From Magallana gigas (lineage: Eukaryota): a DNA stretch of 64,000 bases. The stretch lies in assembly GCF_963853765.1 (NCBI RefSeq), contig NC_088860.1, positions 16,120,001-16,184,000 of the forward strand, in the 5' to 3' direction. The notes beneath the pieces are model-generated. The model saw nothing but the letters and a program-made list of their open reading frames with translations, had not been told where the DNA came from and did no database searches. The translations under genes were made by a program, and so were the position numbers. Below are positions 12,849 through 24,982 of the stretch, in pieces; position 1 is the stretch's first letter; each line of letters starts with the position of its first letter.

Positions 12849-15800
12849 CTAAAAGCGATTTTCGAAGAAGGACTCGAGAGATCCCCTTGGTTGGGCCACA
12901 GGAGGGTATCTTCTCTTTCTTTTACCAGTACCTCTGGGTGACATCCTTGATCTCTCAATGTAATCTTTCTTTTCCTACAATCAATGTCAGTGTGTCTATT
13001 ATGGTTTTAATATAGAATTAAGGACTCGAATATAAAAAGAATTTTTATTAGCATAAACTGGGTTAGTCTGTCTACTCTATAAAAATTAAAAAAGTGGTTC
13101 ATAATATATAATTATAAACTGCTGTAACCAAGTTACTCGAGTTCTAATGAACTCCAATAATAATACTCCTTATCATCTAAACAGTTGAACAGAGTAATCA
13201 ACTTTGATATTTTGCAGAAAAAAATGTTTTAAAATTACATTTCATTTACCCGGTAGATCAAAATAATGGGAATACATGTACCTGGTAAAGTTTGTCTTTC
13301 TCCTGCATTTTCCATCGCCTTCTGGTGGCCTAAAAAAAGGTAAATATTAGGATGCACACCTTTCAGTATGTATTTAGATTATCTATTGGAATGAAGAAGT
13401 CAAGATGTGGAAAATGAAAACTTTAAATTCTTTAAAAATCAAAATCAAGACTCTGGTACATTATCTACAAAATAAGTTCTTAGAAAAAAGGTTAACAGAA
13501 CCAATTCAACATTTCTATCAAAGATTGAATAGAAAATCTTATCAATTTACATTTACAATTTATACATCTATAGTACCTCACTACATCAAGGCTTATTATA
13601 CTAAAACACCATGTCAAAAGATGGCAATTTAAATGTTTTATTTGTTAATTTGTTTTTTATCAATCAATTTGGTTGAATATCATCATACATGTAGCACAGT
13701 GGTTAGAGTGTCGGGCTTGTGAACTGCAGATCAGTTCAAATCTGCCTGGGGCTTTTGTTTATAAATACATGTACTGAAATGAATTTTTGAAAATCATACT
13801 TTTTCATCCAAAAGCACATCAATATATACTTTTTACGTATCATGGTATCTACCATAGTCACATGATTTTCTGCTGATTTTAGAAAGTATTTCAAGGTGTA
13901 GTGAACCACTTTAATTTCAAGAACTAAAATCAACACTGATTTATGACTGAACTCACAGTGAACAATTAAATACGATTACTAATTTATATTAACAATATCC
14001 AAGACAAATATCCTATGCAATACATGTATAAAGGGTGTGCAAAGTGAAATGTGTTTGCTGTCAATTAACATATCATTTGTAATAATGTATTACATTTACA
14101 GCAGGAAATAATTCTTACAGTGAAAGCTATGTAAATCCCAAAGATGACATGAAAAAATATGAAGATAGCAGCAAGACTGACAATGGCATTGCGATCATAA
14201 ATCTTCACTTCTTTCATTTGGTATACGTAAGCTAAGGATTTCATTGCAGCATTTTGAGTAGCATTCAATGCAAGAAATATCAGTGCAGCCAGTACATACA
14301 GATCCTGTGAAAGAATAACGGAGCAAATAAAAAATTAATATTAAAGAACAAACATACATGTACCAGTATATGAAGCTGGTATAAATGTGTTTTACCAGTA
14401 TTTCATTTATTCATTTAGTTGCATGAATTTGTCAATTTCTGGAGTTTACTGATGAACACTGATTATGGGATTTGTTTCATTCAATTACCAGGTAAGTGAG
14501 GTATGAAATAGTTGGCAGACTTTGCTTGACGACCAGTTTAAAGGCGACAGCAGTAAGGAAAAGGGTGACATTGCACATCAGTCTGTCTGGAGAATTAACT
14601 TCAATGGAGTAGGAGGCAAAGGTCAGGCCAATGATCAGGAACTGTAACAGAGGTGCATGAGTACTAATCTACAAGGTGTTATTCTGAGAAAACATAAAAT
14701 ACAAAAGTATTTCAATGTATATACATACAATTTCTTTCAATTGAACATCAATTCCATTCATTAAGAACCAATCCAACATAGATCATTGCAATTCATAATG
14801 TTTGAAATTCTGTTCATGTCTCTCAGTTTGTAATAATTAATTGACATATTGTGTGCATATTACATGTAGCACTTTTGGTGTTTAGTGGGAATATATTTTC
14901 CAACCTTTAATTAAGGTTAGATTTGAATCTACACATTTCTTAATTTAATTTTAATTCAATTTTAAAGTTAATTTATGTGCATTGACATTTAGTCACTTGG
15001 AGAAATTGCTCACTGCCAAAATTGTTGAAAAGAATTTAAAATATATAGAGAAATGTAAAATTTTACTTCATATTATACTGAAAAATTATAATAATTACAA
15101 ACCACAATGAATATAATATTCCACACAAAATAGCCTATCTTCCTTGCCACCCTGCACTGTATATGAAGGATAGGATGGACAGTTGACCTAGCGTACTCCA
15201 CAGTTGTTTTGTCTCTGTAGGACTCAGTGTGGTTGTACAGGTTCCACTCCGAGGCATCCAGGAAGGCCTGAGTGTTGACTGAACTGAGAGAACTCTGGTC
15301 TTCAATTATCTCAATCTCATGAATCGACCTTTCTGTAGAGATGGAAATTGTCAGGTCCTGAAGTTGAAACAAACTCCATAAAGCAAAGAGTAGGGAAGTC
15401 AATGTCAGTCAAATTAGAAACAAATTAATTTTAAGGCATATTATTGAATGTATTCGATGTGCTTCCTAAAGACTTTTGTTGCAGAATTGAAAATATGATT
15501 TCTTTTATCTATGTAGATGAAATATCTATCAAACTGACAATTAATGGGCACAATATCTTTTTTGTTAATATACCTGGTACCTGCCTGATACATAAAAGTC
15601 ATTTATTCCTCTGGAGATGAAGAATACAATAATATCAAGAGCTTAAATTTACCTGAACATCCACTGGAAAGTGTTGCAATTCCAAATTCTCCTTAAAGAA
15701 GGCTTTGAATCTCCACATCAGCTGCACTCTTGGTGGATTATCATCATTGCTATGTAGAATAGAGTAGTCTATGTGTTCCTCTTCTATTGATCCGTCAATA

Positions 15801-17765
15801 TTCAAAATAATCAACTTTGGAGTCCACATCATTGATGGTTCAAAAACCTTAACGTTAGATTTTATAATACATATTATCTTTTAAAAAAATGATGCTATTT
15901 AATGCAGTAAAATATATTGTGTCTGAAGAACTAACTAAGAGGATGTATTTTAGCAAAGTATTTTTAAGGGAAGGGAGAATGTGGTTTTTCAGGGAACATT
16001 TATAGCTGTAAGCCAACTTTTATTCACAAAAGTAATACTTTATATCGCTTTTTACCAAAGATTATAAACAATGACTAATTTTTGCAATCAAGATGTAGGA
16101 GGAGTTATCCGTACAATGAGGGTACCTTATACGCAATATTTTGCCAAAAAATTACTAAGTGCAAAAGCTGGCAAAATGCACACCTCTGATATATGTACGA
16201 TTGATCTGCAAAAGAACAACTTCCTATCTTGAAAACTGTAGGAGGAGTTATTCGTACAATGAGGGTACCCTTTTGGCAGCCGCACGCCCCGCATTTCAAT
16301 AGTTTGATTTTTCCGTTGGAAAACCCGATTAAAAATAAAAGCTGCACAAAGTCACGTGCACTCGATTGGCTCTCGACTTTGATAAATATAGCAAATATTG
16401 TCTTGTTTAAAATCATTGTAGGTGGGAATTTCCTAAAATTTATAAATATCATGGTTATGTATGCATAGTATGGAAATTACATGTACATCATTCATAATAT
16501 CATATATGAGTAGCTAGCATATAAAGGTCTTCAAGGTATATGAAAATTATGATATTGCATGTATTAAGTGTGTGTAGAATATGTGGAATGAAAAATCATG
16601 GAGGTAATTACATGTGTAATAGGATAGAAGGAATAATAATATATTGAAAACATATGGCTGGACCAGGAATCGAACCCGGAATTCCTGTACCTCTAGTCAG
16701 GAGCTCTAGCACTGAGCTACCCTGGTAGATATCCATGGTCCATATAGCCCAAAGTACTTTATTCCTCCCTACTTAAATGGTCTTCATCCTTGAAGATCAC
16801 CCCAGGTTCTTCTCCTGGAAGAATTTAACCTGTTAGTTCCAGGGGCAGGTCCCAGAACCAAATGTAATAGGTAGGGAGGAATATTTAAAACATATGGCTG
16901 GACTGGGAATCAAACCCAAGACCCCTGTACCTCTAGTCAGGAGCTCTACCACTGAGCTACACAGGCCGATATCCACAGTCCATATAGCCCCAACTACTAC
17001 ACATGTATAATTTACACAGTACTCAACACTGATAAATGTGCGACAAATATCAGTAGCTTATATATTAGATTTGATAGAGTATCATAACAAAAATCACATG
17101 CATATCATAAAGTTTAACAAAAATCTTAGCATCGGTAGTTTGACTTTCGATTAATTAACAACAAATCATCAAGTATCATACGTGTAGCTGGCAAAAAGGA
17201 TCTAAGGTAGAAACTTTACAGTTGTCACAGTAGCACAATATGTATTTTATTGTACATGTATGTTGTATGCAAAGGAAAACTTGCAAAAATTTATTAACCT
17301 TTTCATCTGGCTTGATCAAGTGATCATGCCACTTTGCTTGGATGAAAATCTCTGACAGAAACTTCTGGTCCACTGTATCAATATCGTTTATTTTCAAAAA
17401 AGTGAGCTTTATTTCTACTGTCACCTAAAAAACCAAACAAAGTTAACAATATACACAGATAAACTGACAGACATGGTGATTCCAATATACATTTAACATC
17501 CAAAAATTTATTTTTTGGGACTACATGTATTATGATAAAAAATGAGCACCTTATCTTCTCTCAGAGCACTGAGATCTTTTGACAGAATTGATCGAAGAGG
17601 TGCTAATCCTTGATGATTGCTCTCTGATTCAAGTGTTAATTCCAAAAGTCGATTAAGGAGTTCATTGTTTTTCTCAATGTTGCTGGATAAAGCTTTGAAA
17701 ACCTTGGCTAACTTGACATTTTCATCTACTGTTTTCTTGGAGTCCACTGTCTCCACCTCCAACAT
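12849..17765 (-). CDS. Cys-less pentameric ligand-gated ion channel subunit, copy A (434 aa)
   Basis: Eight phase-0 exons: 17765-17550, 17424-17299, 15847-15653, 15357-15103, 14641-14489, 14304-14119, 13329-13282, 12974-12849 (TAG). pLGIC motifs: DTVDQKF..EIFIQAKWHD, WTPKL, LELQHFPVDVQDL (Pro-loop without Cys), RVARKIGYF, M2 DRLMCNVTLFLTAVAFK, SLPTISYLTYLD, and M3/M4 helices. Confidence 0.88.
13691..13755 (+). mobile_element. tRNA-derived (SINE-like) head in a channel A intron
   Basis: TAGCACAGTGGTTAGAG (A box) and GTTCAAATCT (B box); degenerate stems. Confidence 0.45.
16095..16275. repeat. Dispersed repeat fragment with a 143-bp internal duplication
   Basis: GTAGGAGGAGTTAT(C/T)CGTACAATGAGGGTACC at 16095 and 16238; probably an internal core repeat of a non-autonomous element. 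Confidence 0.45.
16615..17001. mobile_element. About 390-bp bipartite element carrying two tRNA-like units
   Basis: Direct repeats 240 bp apart, each tRNA-like on the minus strand; TGTA...TACA termini; CATG on both flanks; internal perfect 13-bp inverted repeat (16760-16772 / 16871-16883). Confidence 0.65.
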
Positions 17766-17968
17766 AATCTTTTCAAGGAGAGTGTATCAACCGTTTCTAC
17801 AAGGAACAGTAGATCTATATCATAAATCAAATTACATACAACTCTAAAATTATAGTGACTGAAGAAAATCTTATCATACATTTTTATTGATGGTTTGTTA
17901 GCTTTCCTTAGTTCAAGTATTTTTATTTACAATTTTGACGTAAACTGCAGTTTTATTTCAAGCACACA

Positions 17969-17988
17969 TGGGGGGGGGGGGGGGGGGG

Positions 17989-18037
<49 letters not shown>
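17969..18037. repeat. poly-G plus (GA)n microsatellite
   Basis: Read directly; follows TTTATTTCAAGCACACA, the same position as the (GA)n in copy B. Confidence 0.95.
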
Positions 18038-18039
<2 letters not shown>

Positions 18040-20371
18040 ATTTGTGTACAAAATAAAGGGAGGGAATACTTTAAATATATTATCAGTTTCAGCATGGTAA
18101 ATATTGTAAATACTGAAGATTCCTCATGGTGTTTTTTGCATATTGAAATGAAACTGAATGCTGTATGTATATATAGAAAAGTTTTAATTTTTTTTTTAAG
18201 AAGTAAAATAAGGAATCTACAGTATAAAAGAAATACAACTACAGTATACTTCTAAAGATATACATAAGTGGAATGGTAGTTCAACTTGCATTATATCATC
18301 TAAGGGCAGGAGGACAACATACTTACGACCAGATTAAATTCAAGGCCCAAAGATCAAATCACTAGATGTCCAATGATTGAATCACTATATATGGCAACAA
18401 ACATTTGACAGCAACTGTTTTGATGAAATGATAAAATATAAAAGTTTTTATGTTTGATAAATATGTAACTAAAAAGCTGTGACTGCAACAATATTTGATC
18501 CTCAGTCAGAAAAAACTCATAGTAATGTTATCATATCAAAGATGTTATCACTTTTTCATAATTTATAATTTTAAAACAATTGAATTGAAATGACACTTTA
18601 TCAGACACTTAGCCCATTGCAAAGGCCTAAAAAAAATTGTGTGTTTAGGGTAACACTGATGAAAAAATTAGGTTAGGAAGGTAGGTATTTTTTTAATTTT
18701 ATCATATTTTTTTCTGCATGAATTCTAAGAATGTTTGTTTGTCATATTCAAAAACAGATTTTTTAATAGAAATAACATTAAATTCACAATCATATAAAAA
18801 CAGACATCTAAAAATGGTAGGATCGGGGAATTTTTGTAGGTTAGGTTGTGTTACCCTAAACACACAACTTTTTTTTTTTTAGGCCAAATTATGACGAATA
18901 TAATATGACAAACGAGTATTTTGTGTGGATGTCAGAGTTCATATTACACTGTTGATTCAGATTTCCTGTACATGGTCTAAACATAATATACATATATGTA
19001 CATGTATATCAGAAATTGAATGCATTAAAATCATAAAAATTTCTTATAATTTCACTGGGGTTTTTTTATATAGTCAAACCAGATTTTATAGTGTCAGTTC
19101 ACAGAAGTTTTAACAGTCTTTAAAAGTGGAGCTGAAATAAAAAGAATGATATAAGGCAATAAGTTCCACTAAATTATAACACCATTAAATTATCATTAGT
19201 TTTCATAAAGTTCTTTCATTGCAAACAACTGAGACTTCAAAGGCACATAAGTGCCCCCCCCCCCCTTTCTTAGTTATTACTAATATAAGTAAAATAAGGA
19301 TAAATCTATAATACGTAATAAAAGTGTATCATTATTATATGATTACATCAATCAAATATTTTGATGTCAGCCAAATAGAAAGGGGATCACATCTCGAAGA
19401 AATTATCCCCACGGCGTCCATCCATATAAAAAAAAATAGCAGAAAAGGGGGAGGGCAGATATAACACGCTATCCTTACTTCCTTACAAAAAGAACGACAT
19501 CATTAGCTGCAAAATTAAATTCAGATACAAAAATGAAACCAACTTAAGTAAAGGAAAAAAATCAAAAGCTTTTAAATCCCAAACCTTTACTGCAAAACGT
19601 GAAAATCTTCAAACATCGTCTGCAACAATTCCGGAAGTTGCAGTAGTTGTGTAGGATCAAAAACCGATGCTATCAAAGTTCCGAATTCATTTCGCCGAAT
19701 GGTCCAAGTAATAGTTTACAACACACGTGCTTCATTTGGTATAAATCTATTTATATGTATAAAACATGATATACATAAATATTACTATCTCAGTTGCGTC
19801 GAAGGTGGGGGGGGGGGGGGAGGCTACACTTAAAATCAGAAATCTTGACAAGCTAAAAAAAAAAAGGGGTATTACGGTTATGTTATTGTCAGACTCATCC
19901 AAAACAATTCTTAACAAGCAAAACAAACAAAACAAACAAACAAAAAAAATCATGTAATTACTAATCCGTGGGGGAAGGGGTAGCGAAATATATACCTATA
20001 TAGCTTATACCTAAAACTGCAATTTTCAATATCACTCCTGACAGCATTTTTACAAAGTCAATGTATCTCTTTTTAAGATGCGTAAAAATGACTACATGCA
20101 ATTAGTTCATACATAGAACTGAGTTTAATATGAATAATAACAATTACTTATGTTTTAAAATTAATCATCTCTGACCATCCTACATCGTGTTACACGAGTA
20201 AATCATCCTTGATTTTTCATTTGCCAGGTGTGGTTAAGATCTCATCATCATTAATATGCATGTACCTATCCCCAGTCACTACTGGTCGTACGTGATGCTG
20301 ATCGTGCCTGTGCTACGGTCGTGACTCCCTTGGTTGATCCTAGCATTCAAAATCGCGTTAAGTGCTTGAGA

Positions 20372-22425
20372 GGTGTGTTCCCGTTTTGCACACATTTGAT
20401 AATTATAGAACAAAAGGTTTGATTTGTGTTGTGATTGCAATTATAGTCTGCTTTCGGTCAAAGATTTTACCTGGATTTTTACCTTTTTTTTATCAGTGCC
20501 TTAACGATAAAACAAGAAGAATACAGATATTTTGTTGTGTTTTAGGTCTAATAACTATTTGTTTTTTTCGTTTGATAAAATAAAGATAATGATATAATTA
20601 AAAAGTCTGATAAAAAAAATAATGATTAGATTAGATGAATTGACTTTTACATTTTTGTCCATTTACCTTAAATATAAAACCAAATGAATTAGGAAAAATT
20701 GCCGGTCCAAAGCCAATTGGAAGCTGATTCAATGGATCATTATATGATAAAGGGGAAAACTACATAGACAGTCATATGGATTACTCCGTGTCTCTTTTTA
20801 CAATTGAGTTGCAAATTATGTAAAACGCATGTTTATAATTGATTGTTTGGTATCAACAGAAAAAATATTATGAAAGAAAACAGATCTTTATCACAAAATA
20901 TTTCAATGTTTGAACCAGCGACCTTGACAGTAGTTCGTATGGCATCACCGCTTTAATATATGGCGGGTCACTTTCTAGTTTTTCAAATCAGAGGTTAAAT
21001 ACATAAAAAATCTGACAAAAATAATATTTTAATATTGATGCGATATACCTCAAACTGAAAAAGGTTGAAAATGCATGAATTAGGTCTACATTTGATAGGT
21101 TTTGTGAATTAATCTTTAGAGTTTTTGAAGCATGCATATAACATTTCCTATTTATCATCATACAGTTTGTCTTTTTTCTTTGATTATTCAAGATATACCA
21201 CAACATAAATGAAAAATATTTAGCAGCGTTTTCACTAGACACATTTCTTCCATTTATGTCAGCAAAAGCAATAATTAAATAGTAACATATGATATTTCTC
21301 TTCGAAATTTTAGCATCTACATGTACTTCCTTTATAGGCAGTAAGTTAAACAAAGACGCTACATACTCAACATTTTTGCAATAAACTTTCTTGTTTAAAA
21401 AAAAATAATGAAATTGTTCATGACCAAATTGATGTTTGAAATCAAATTCAAGAATATGGATGTCAATTATTATGTAAATGTGCTTTTATGCAAGTTATAT
21501 TGTAACATAAAATACATGTAAATTTCAATTGCGAGAAGATATGTTTTTATTTATTTTATTGTCAATTGCCCTCGCAGGAATAGTGATATACATTTTGTAG
21601 ACTATAGCAATTAAGCAATTATCTCACCTGGTCAAATTCCCGTTTCGCACACATTTTTTCGATACCTAATTTTCAAATGTGTGCAAAACGGGAACAAACC
21701 AGTGGCGTAGCTAGACCAGAAAAGAAGTGCATGCTTAAAATGGCAGGGGGTATGGGGCCGCCATGAGACTCCCAGTGGGTCCAGGGCGAAGCCTGATGGG
21801 GGCCCAGGGAGCGAAGGCCCCGGAAGCTCATGGATTCTGACGATTTTTAACACTAAAAAATCATCGCAGAAATTGAAGGAATGCTCACTATTTAAGCATA
21901 TTTTTAGGCAGTTAAAATTGTTTTTGGTTTAGTTTAGGCTTAAAATAAAATCACAAAACTTCATTAAAAGCTAAAAGAAGAAAAAAACTTTTGACGTTTG
22001 TTTTTGACCCACTCAAAGCTTTTATTCTTAAGTTCATTTTCACCTAGTTTATGGTAATGAATATTTCAATAAAACTGTGATATTCTATGGGGGAAATTTA
22101 AAATGATGTGTAAAACTAAGTTCAAATGCAAAATAAATCTTTGCTTTATTAGGTACATGCATTGTGTACTGTTTCTTTAATATGGTACTCTAAGACCACA
22201 TTGCGTGTCTATATTTGGTACTTAAGACGTCCTTGTTTAGCATTGATAAATTTGTCGATGCCCCGTTGACGGGTTGTTGGAATAACTAACTATGGACCTT
22301 AATACTTGAATTCTTTTTGTAAATTCTTTTTTCTTTATTTTTTTACTGAGTTTCTTCCTTTTTTTCCAAAATGATTTGCATGCTCAGGCATATAAGCATA
22401 CATGGTAGCTACGCCACTGCAAACC
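20372..22425. mobile_element. Non-autonomous DNA transposon with about 28-bp TIRs and 8-bp TSD (GG...CC termini; Merlin- or MULE-like)
   Basis: GCTTGAGA at 20364-20371 and 22426-22433. Left TIR is GGTGTGTTCCCGTTTTGCACACATTTGA; its perfect 23-bp complement is at 21673-21695. The right TIR is interrupted by a nested MITE. Confidence 0.8.
21700..22419. mobile_element. MITE with 15-bp TIRs and 5-bp TSD, nested in the right TIR of the previous element
   Basis: CAGTGGCGTAGCTAG ... GTAGCTACGCCACTG (14/15 match); CAAAC at 21695-21699 and 22420-22424. Confidence 0.85.
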
Positions 22426-23559
22426 GCTTGAGATTGCAAGGTAAGACACACGGGCGTTTGACGTGCCAGTCGAAGGTGTCATGTTTGGAGCCGGGTTGCC
22501 ACTTGCAACTTGCGATGCTTATAGCTAGAACCGTGCTTGCGTCTAACGATTATCGAGCAACGACGTACGTTTACCTTTTGAACGGTGGTAATAACGCGTC
22601 GTAGGTCACCTGCAAGTCAATCGTTTCGACGTCTTTATGTGCCTCACGACAGTTGCTCAGACAGTTTTTAGTTTTTACATTAAAGATTTTTTTTTCTTTA
22701 AACCTGCACTGAAATGAATTTACCGTATAGGCAAGTGAATATTGAAAAATACATCAAAATAACTCGAAGAAAAGGAAAACTATAAGCTGTAGTTGCTGCT
22801 TTGATGATTAAACTAGCTAAGACTAGATTTAGACACGAATAAACAATGTTTTCAAAACATAATTTATAATTCGTATCTGATACCATAAAGGACTGAATAT
22901 TGCTCCGAAATCTAGAAGAAAGTCTGCGCAAAAAATATACTAATTTTAGCGAAGTAATTATCAAAAAATAATATTCCTGGCCACTATTATATCTCGTTGT
23001 GACGTTTTTGTTAACTTTTTGTTATCTTCAGAAAAGTTCTTACGAAACTCATTTATAATTCAATCATTTTAAAAAGCAAAGCCTACAAAATTCTTCCCTG
23101 TTATTCTGATTTTGATATTATGAATTTTGGGGTAAAAAGATGAGTTTCTGGACAAAATATCGCTGAAAACTGAAAAATTTCTAAACGTTTATTCTTAGGA
23201 CAACAATTTTAAAACATGAGATCAAATTTCTGCGGTTTCATAACATAAGAGACAGGATATAAAAAAAAAACTTCTTCAAAAACGGAAATTTGTGGGTTAA
23301 AAAGACTATATTTTTGACGAATTTGGGAAAAAAAATGAAAATGAATTATTATTGATAAAGTATAAAACTATTAAGTATAAACAAGTCGACTTTTTAAAAC
23401 TTTTTAGACAGCATACTTCATCACGATATGATGATAATCTTTACCTTTGACTAAACATCCCAATTTTGGGTTAATTAAACTCTTTTTACAGAAAAATTTA
23501 GAAAAACTGAATTTATGACTGCCGTCTTTTTAATTTGAACTATTAATTAATCAGTTTTT

Positions 23560-24090
23560 CTCAAAAACATGTATAACAATTTAGGTTTTGGATATATATG
23601 GAACTGTAAAGAACAATTTAATGAACATGTATTCTTACATGAAGTGAAGCAGAGGTTGACCGACATGTCTATACAAGAAGGACATGGCTACTTTGAAAAT
23701 TCTCCCAAATGTATAATGTATAAGCACTTATGTAATAATTTTGAAGTACAATAATATTCAACAAAACCAATACCAACTGTATATGTTCAATTTATAAGTA
23801 AATACCGTTTATCCTCTCATCAACTCGAGATTGAGCGTGGCAGATTTTATAATATCCATAGAAATGAGAGAGTTTGTAAACTATGTTCACTATCACAGAT
23901 TGAAGGTGAGTTTCATTTTATTTTAATCTGTCCATTTTATAAGGAAATAAGAAAGTTGTATGTAAAAAAATATTATTATGAAAAGCCTTCTGTTTTTAAA
24001 CTTATTCAATTACTTTCAACAAAGAATATCAAAGAGTTGTGCAATTTGGGAAAATACCTATATAAATACTCAAAATTACAATAAAATTAT
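23560..24090 (+). mobile_element. 5'-truncated LINE (CR1/L2-type ORF2 C-terminus), degenerate
   Basis: Translates as LGFGYIWN...KYRLSSHQLEIERGRF...ERVCKLC...IEGEFHFILICPFY..IRK, the typical non-LTR ORF2 C-terminal Cys/His motif; internal stop at 23752-23754. Confidence 0.85.
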
Positions 24091-24299
24091 AATTACTTTT
24101 TGTTTTGATAATATACTCTTCATTATCCTGTTTACTTCTGTCATGTATATTTTGCAGACTGTGCACACGCAGTCTAATACAAGATTGTGATGGTCTTTCT
24201 TTTTTGTTTTTAAAAATGCTTTCATATGTATATATGTTAAACCTATGAATCGTATGGTTCTTGGTAATAAACAATACAATATAGTAATATACATATGTA

Positions 24300-24846
24300 C
24301 ATATGAGAGCTAGTAAAAAAAAAAGATTTTCTAGGAGCCCCTGTCCCAGGGGGTCCTGATTTTACAATTTTGGTAGAAGGCTTCACGGACATGATAGTTT
24401 TCGAATACATAATTATATGAGAAGTTTTCGAATACATATATGAGAATAGTAGAAAATTTTCTAAGGTGTAATAAATTTTTACTACATGCTGATATTGGCT
24501 TGACCATAAGGTCTGAATCCCTGACCAGGGACAATGAACTCACAATTTTGGTAGATGGCTTCATGGACACCATAACCATTTATTATTTTTTTCCCAAAGT
24601 GTGTGGGAGTAGAGGAGACGATGTTGCAAAATGCGGCTATTTGCATATTTGGCCCGTCTATGAGCACATGGGGGTGTTAAGTCAAGAATCGTACAATTTA
24701 GATTCCTCTTACCGTAGAGATTTTTCACATTGGTTAAAAATGGTTTGTAGTTTTCGAGAAGATTCTGCAGTTAAAATGTAAAATTGTTGATGCGCACGGC
24801 GATGAAGGAAGATCAGTTGCAATAGGTCACATTAATGACTCAGGCT
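24300..24846 (+). mobile_element. Helitron/Pearl-type non-autonomous element with two degenerate Cg170-like satellite monomers
   Basis: Two about 170-bp-spaced ACAATTTTGGTAGA.GGCTTCA.GGACA units; 3' end GCAATAGGTCACATTAATGACTCAGG resembles the CvA/Cg170 element tail (recognised from memory). Confidence 0.65.
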
Positions 24847-24982
24847 TAACATACATTGATTTTGTATCCTGTAATGATAAAGTGTATCATGATAAATAAA
24901 CCAGCACATTCAAAAATAGGAGTTAATTAAGTGTTTTTAAAAGCAGAGTTATTGCCCTTTTTGCAGAGCACCAGCAGCTCGG

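Noticed and set aside
1991-16965. tRNA gene calls at 1991, 13691, 16656 and 16896
   Set aside because: A/B boxes are present but acceptor and anticodon stems do not pair properly; treated as SINE-like repeats.
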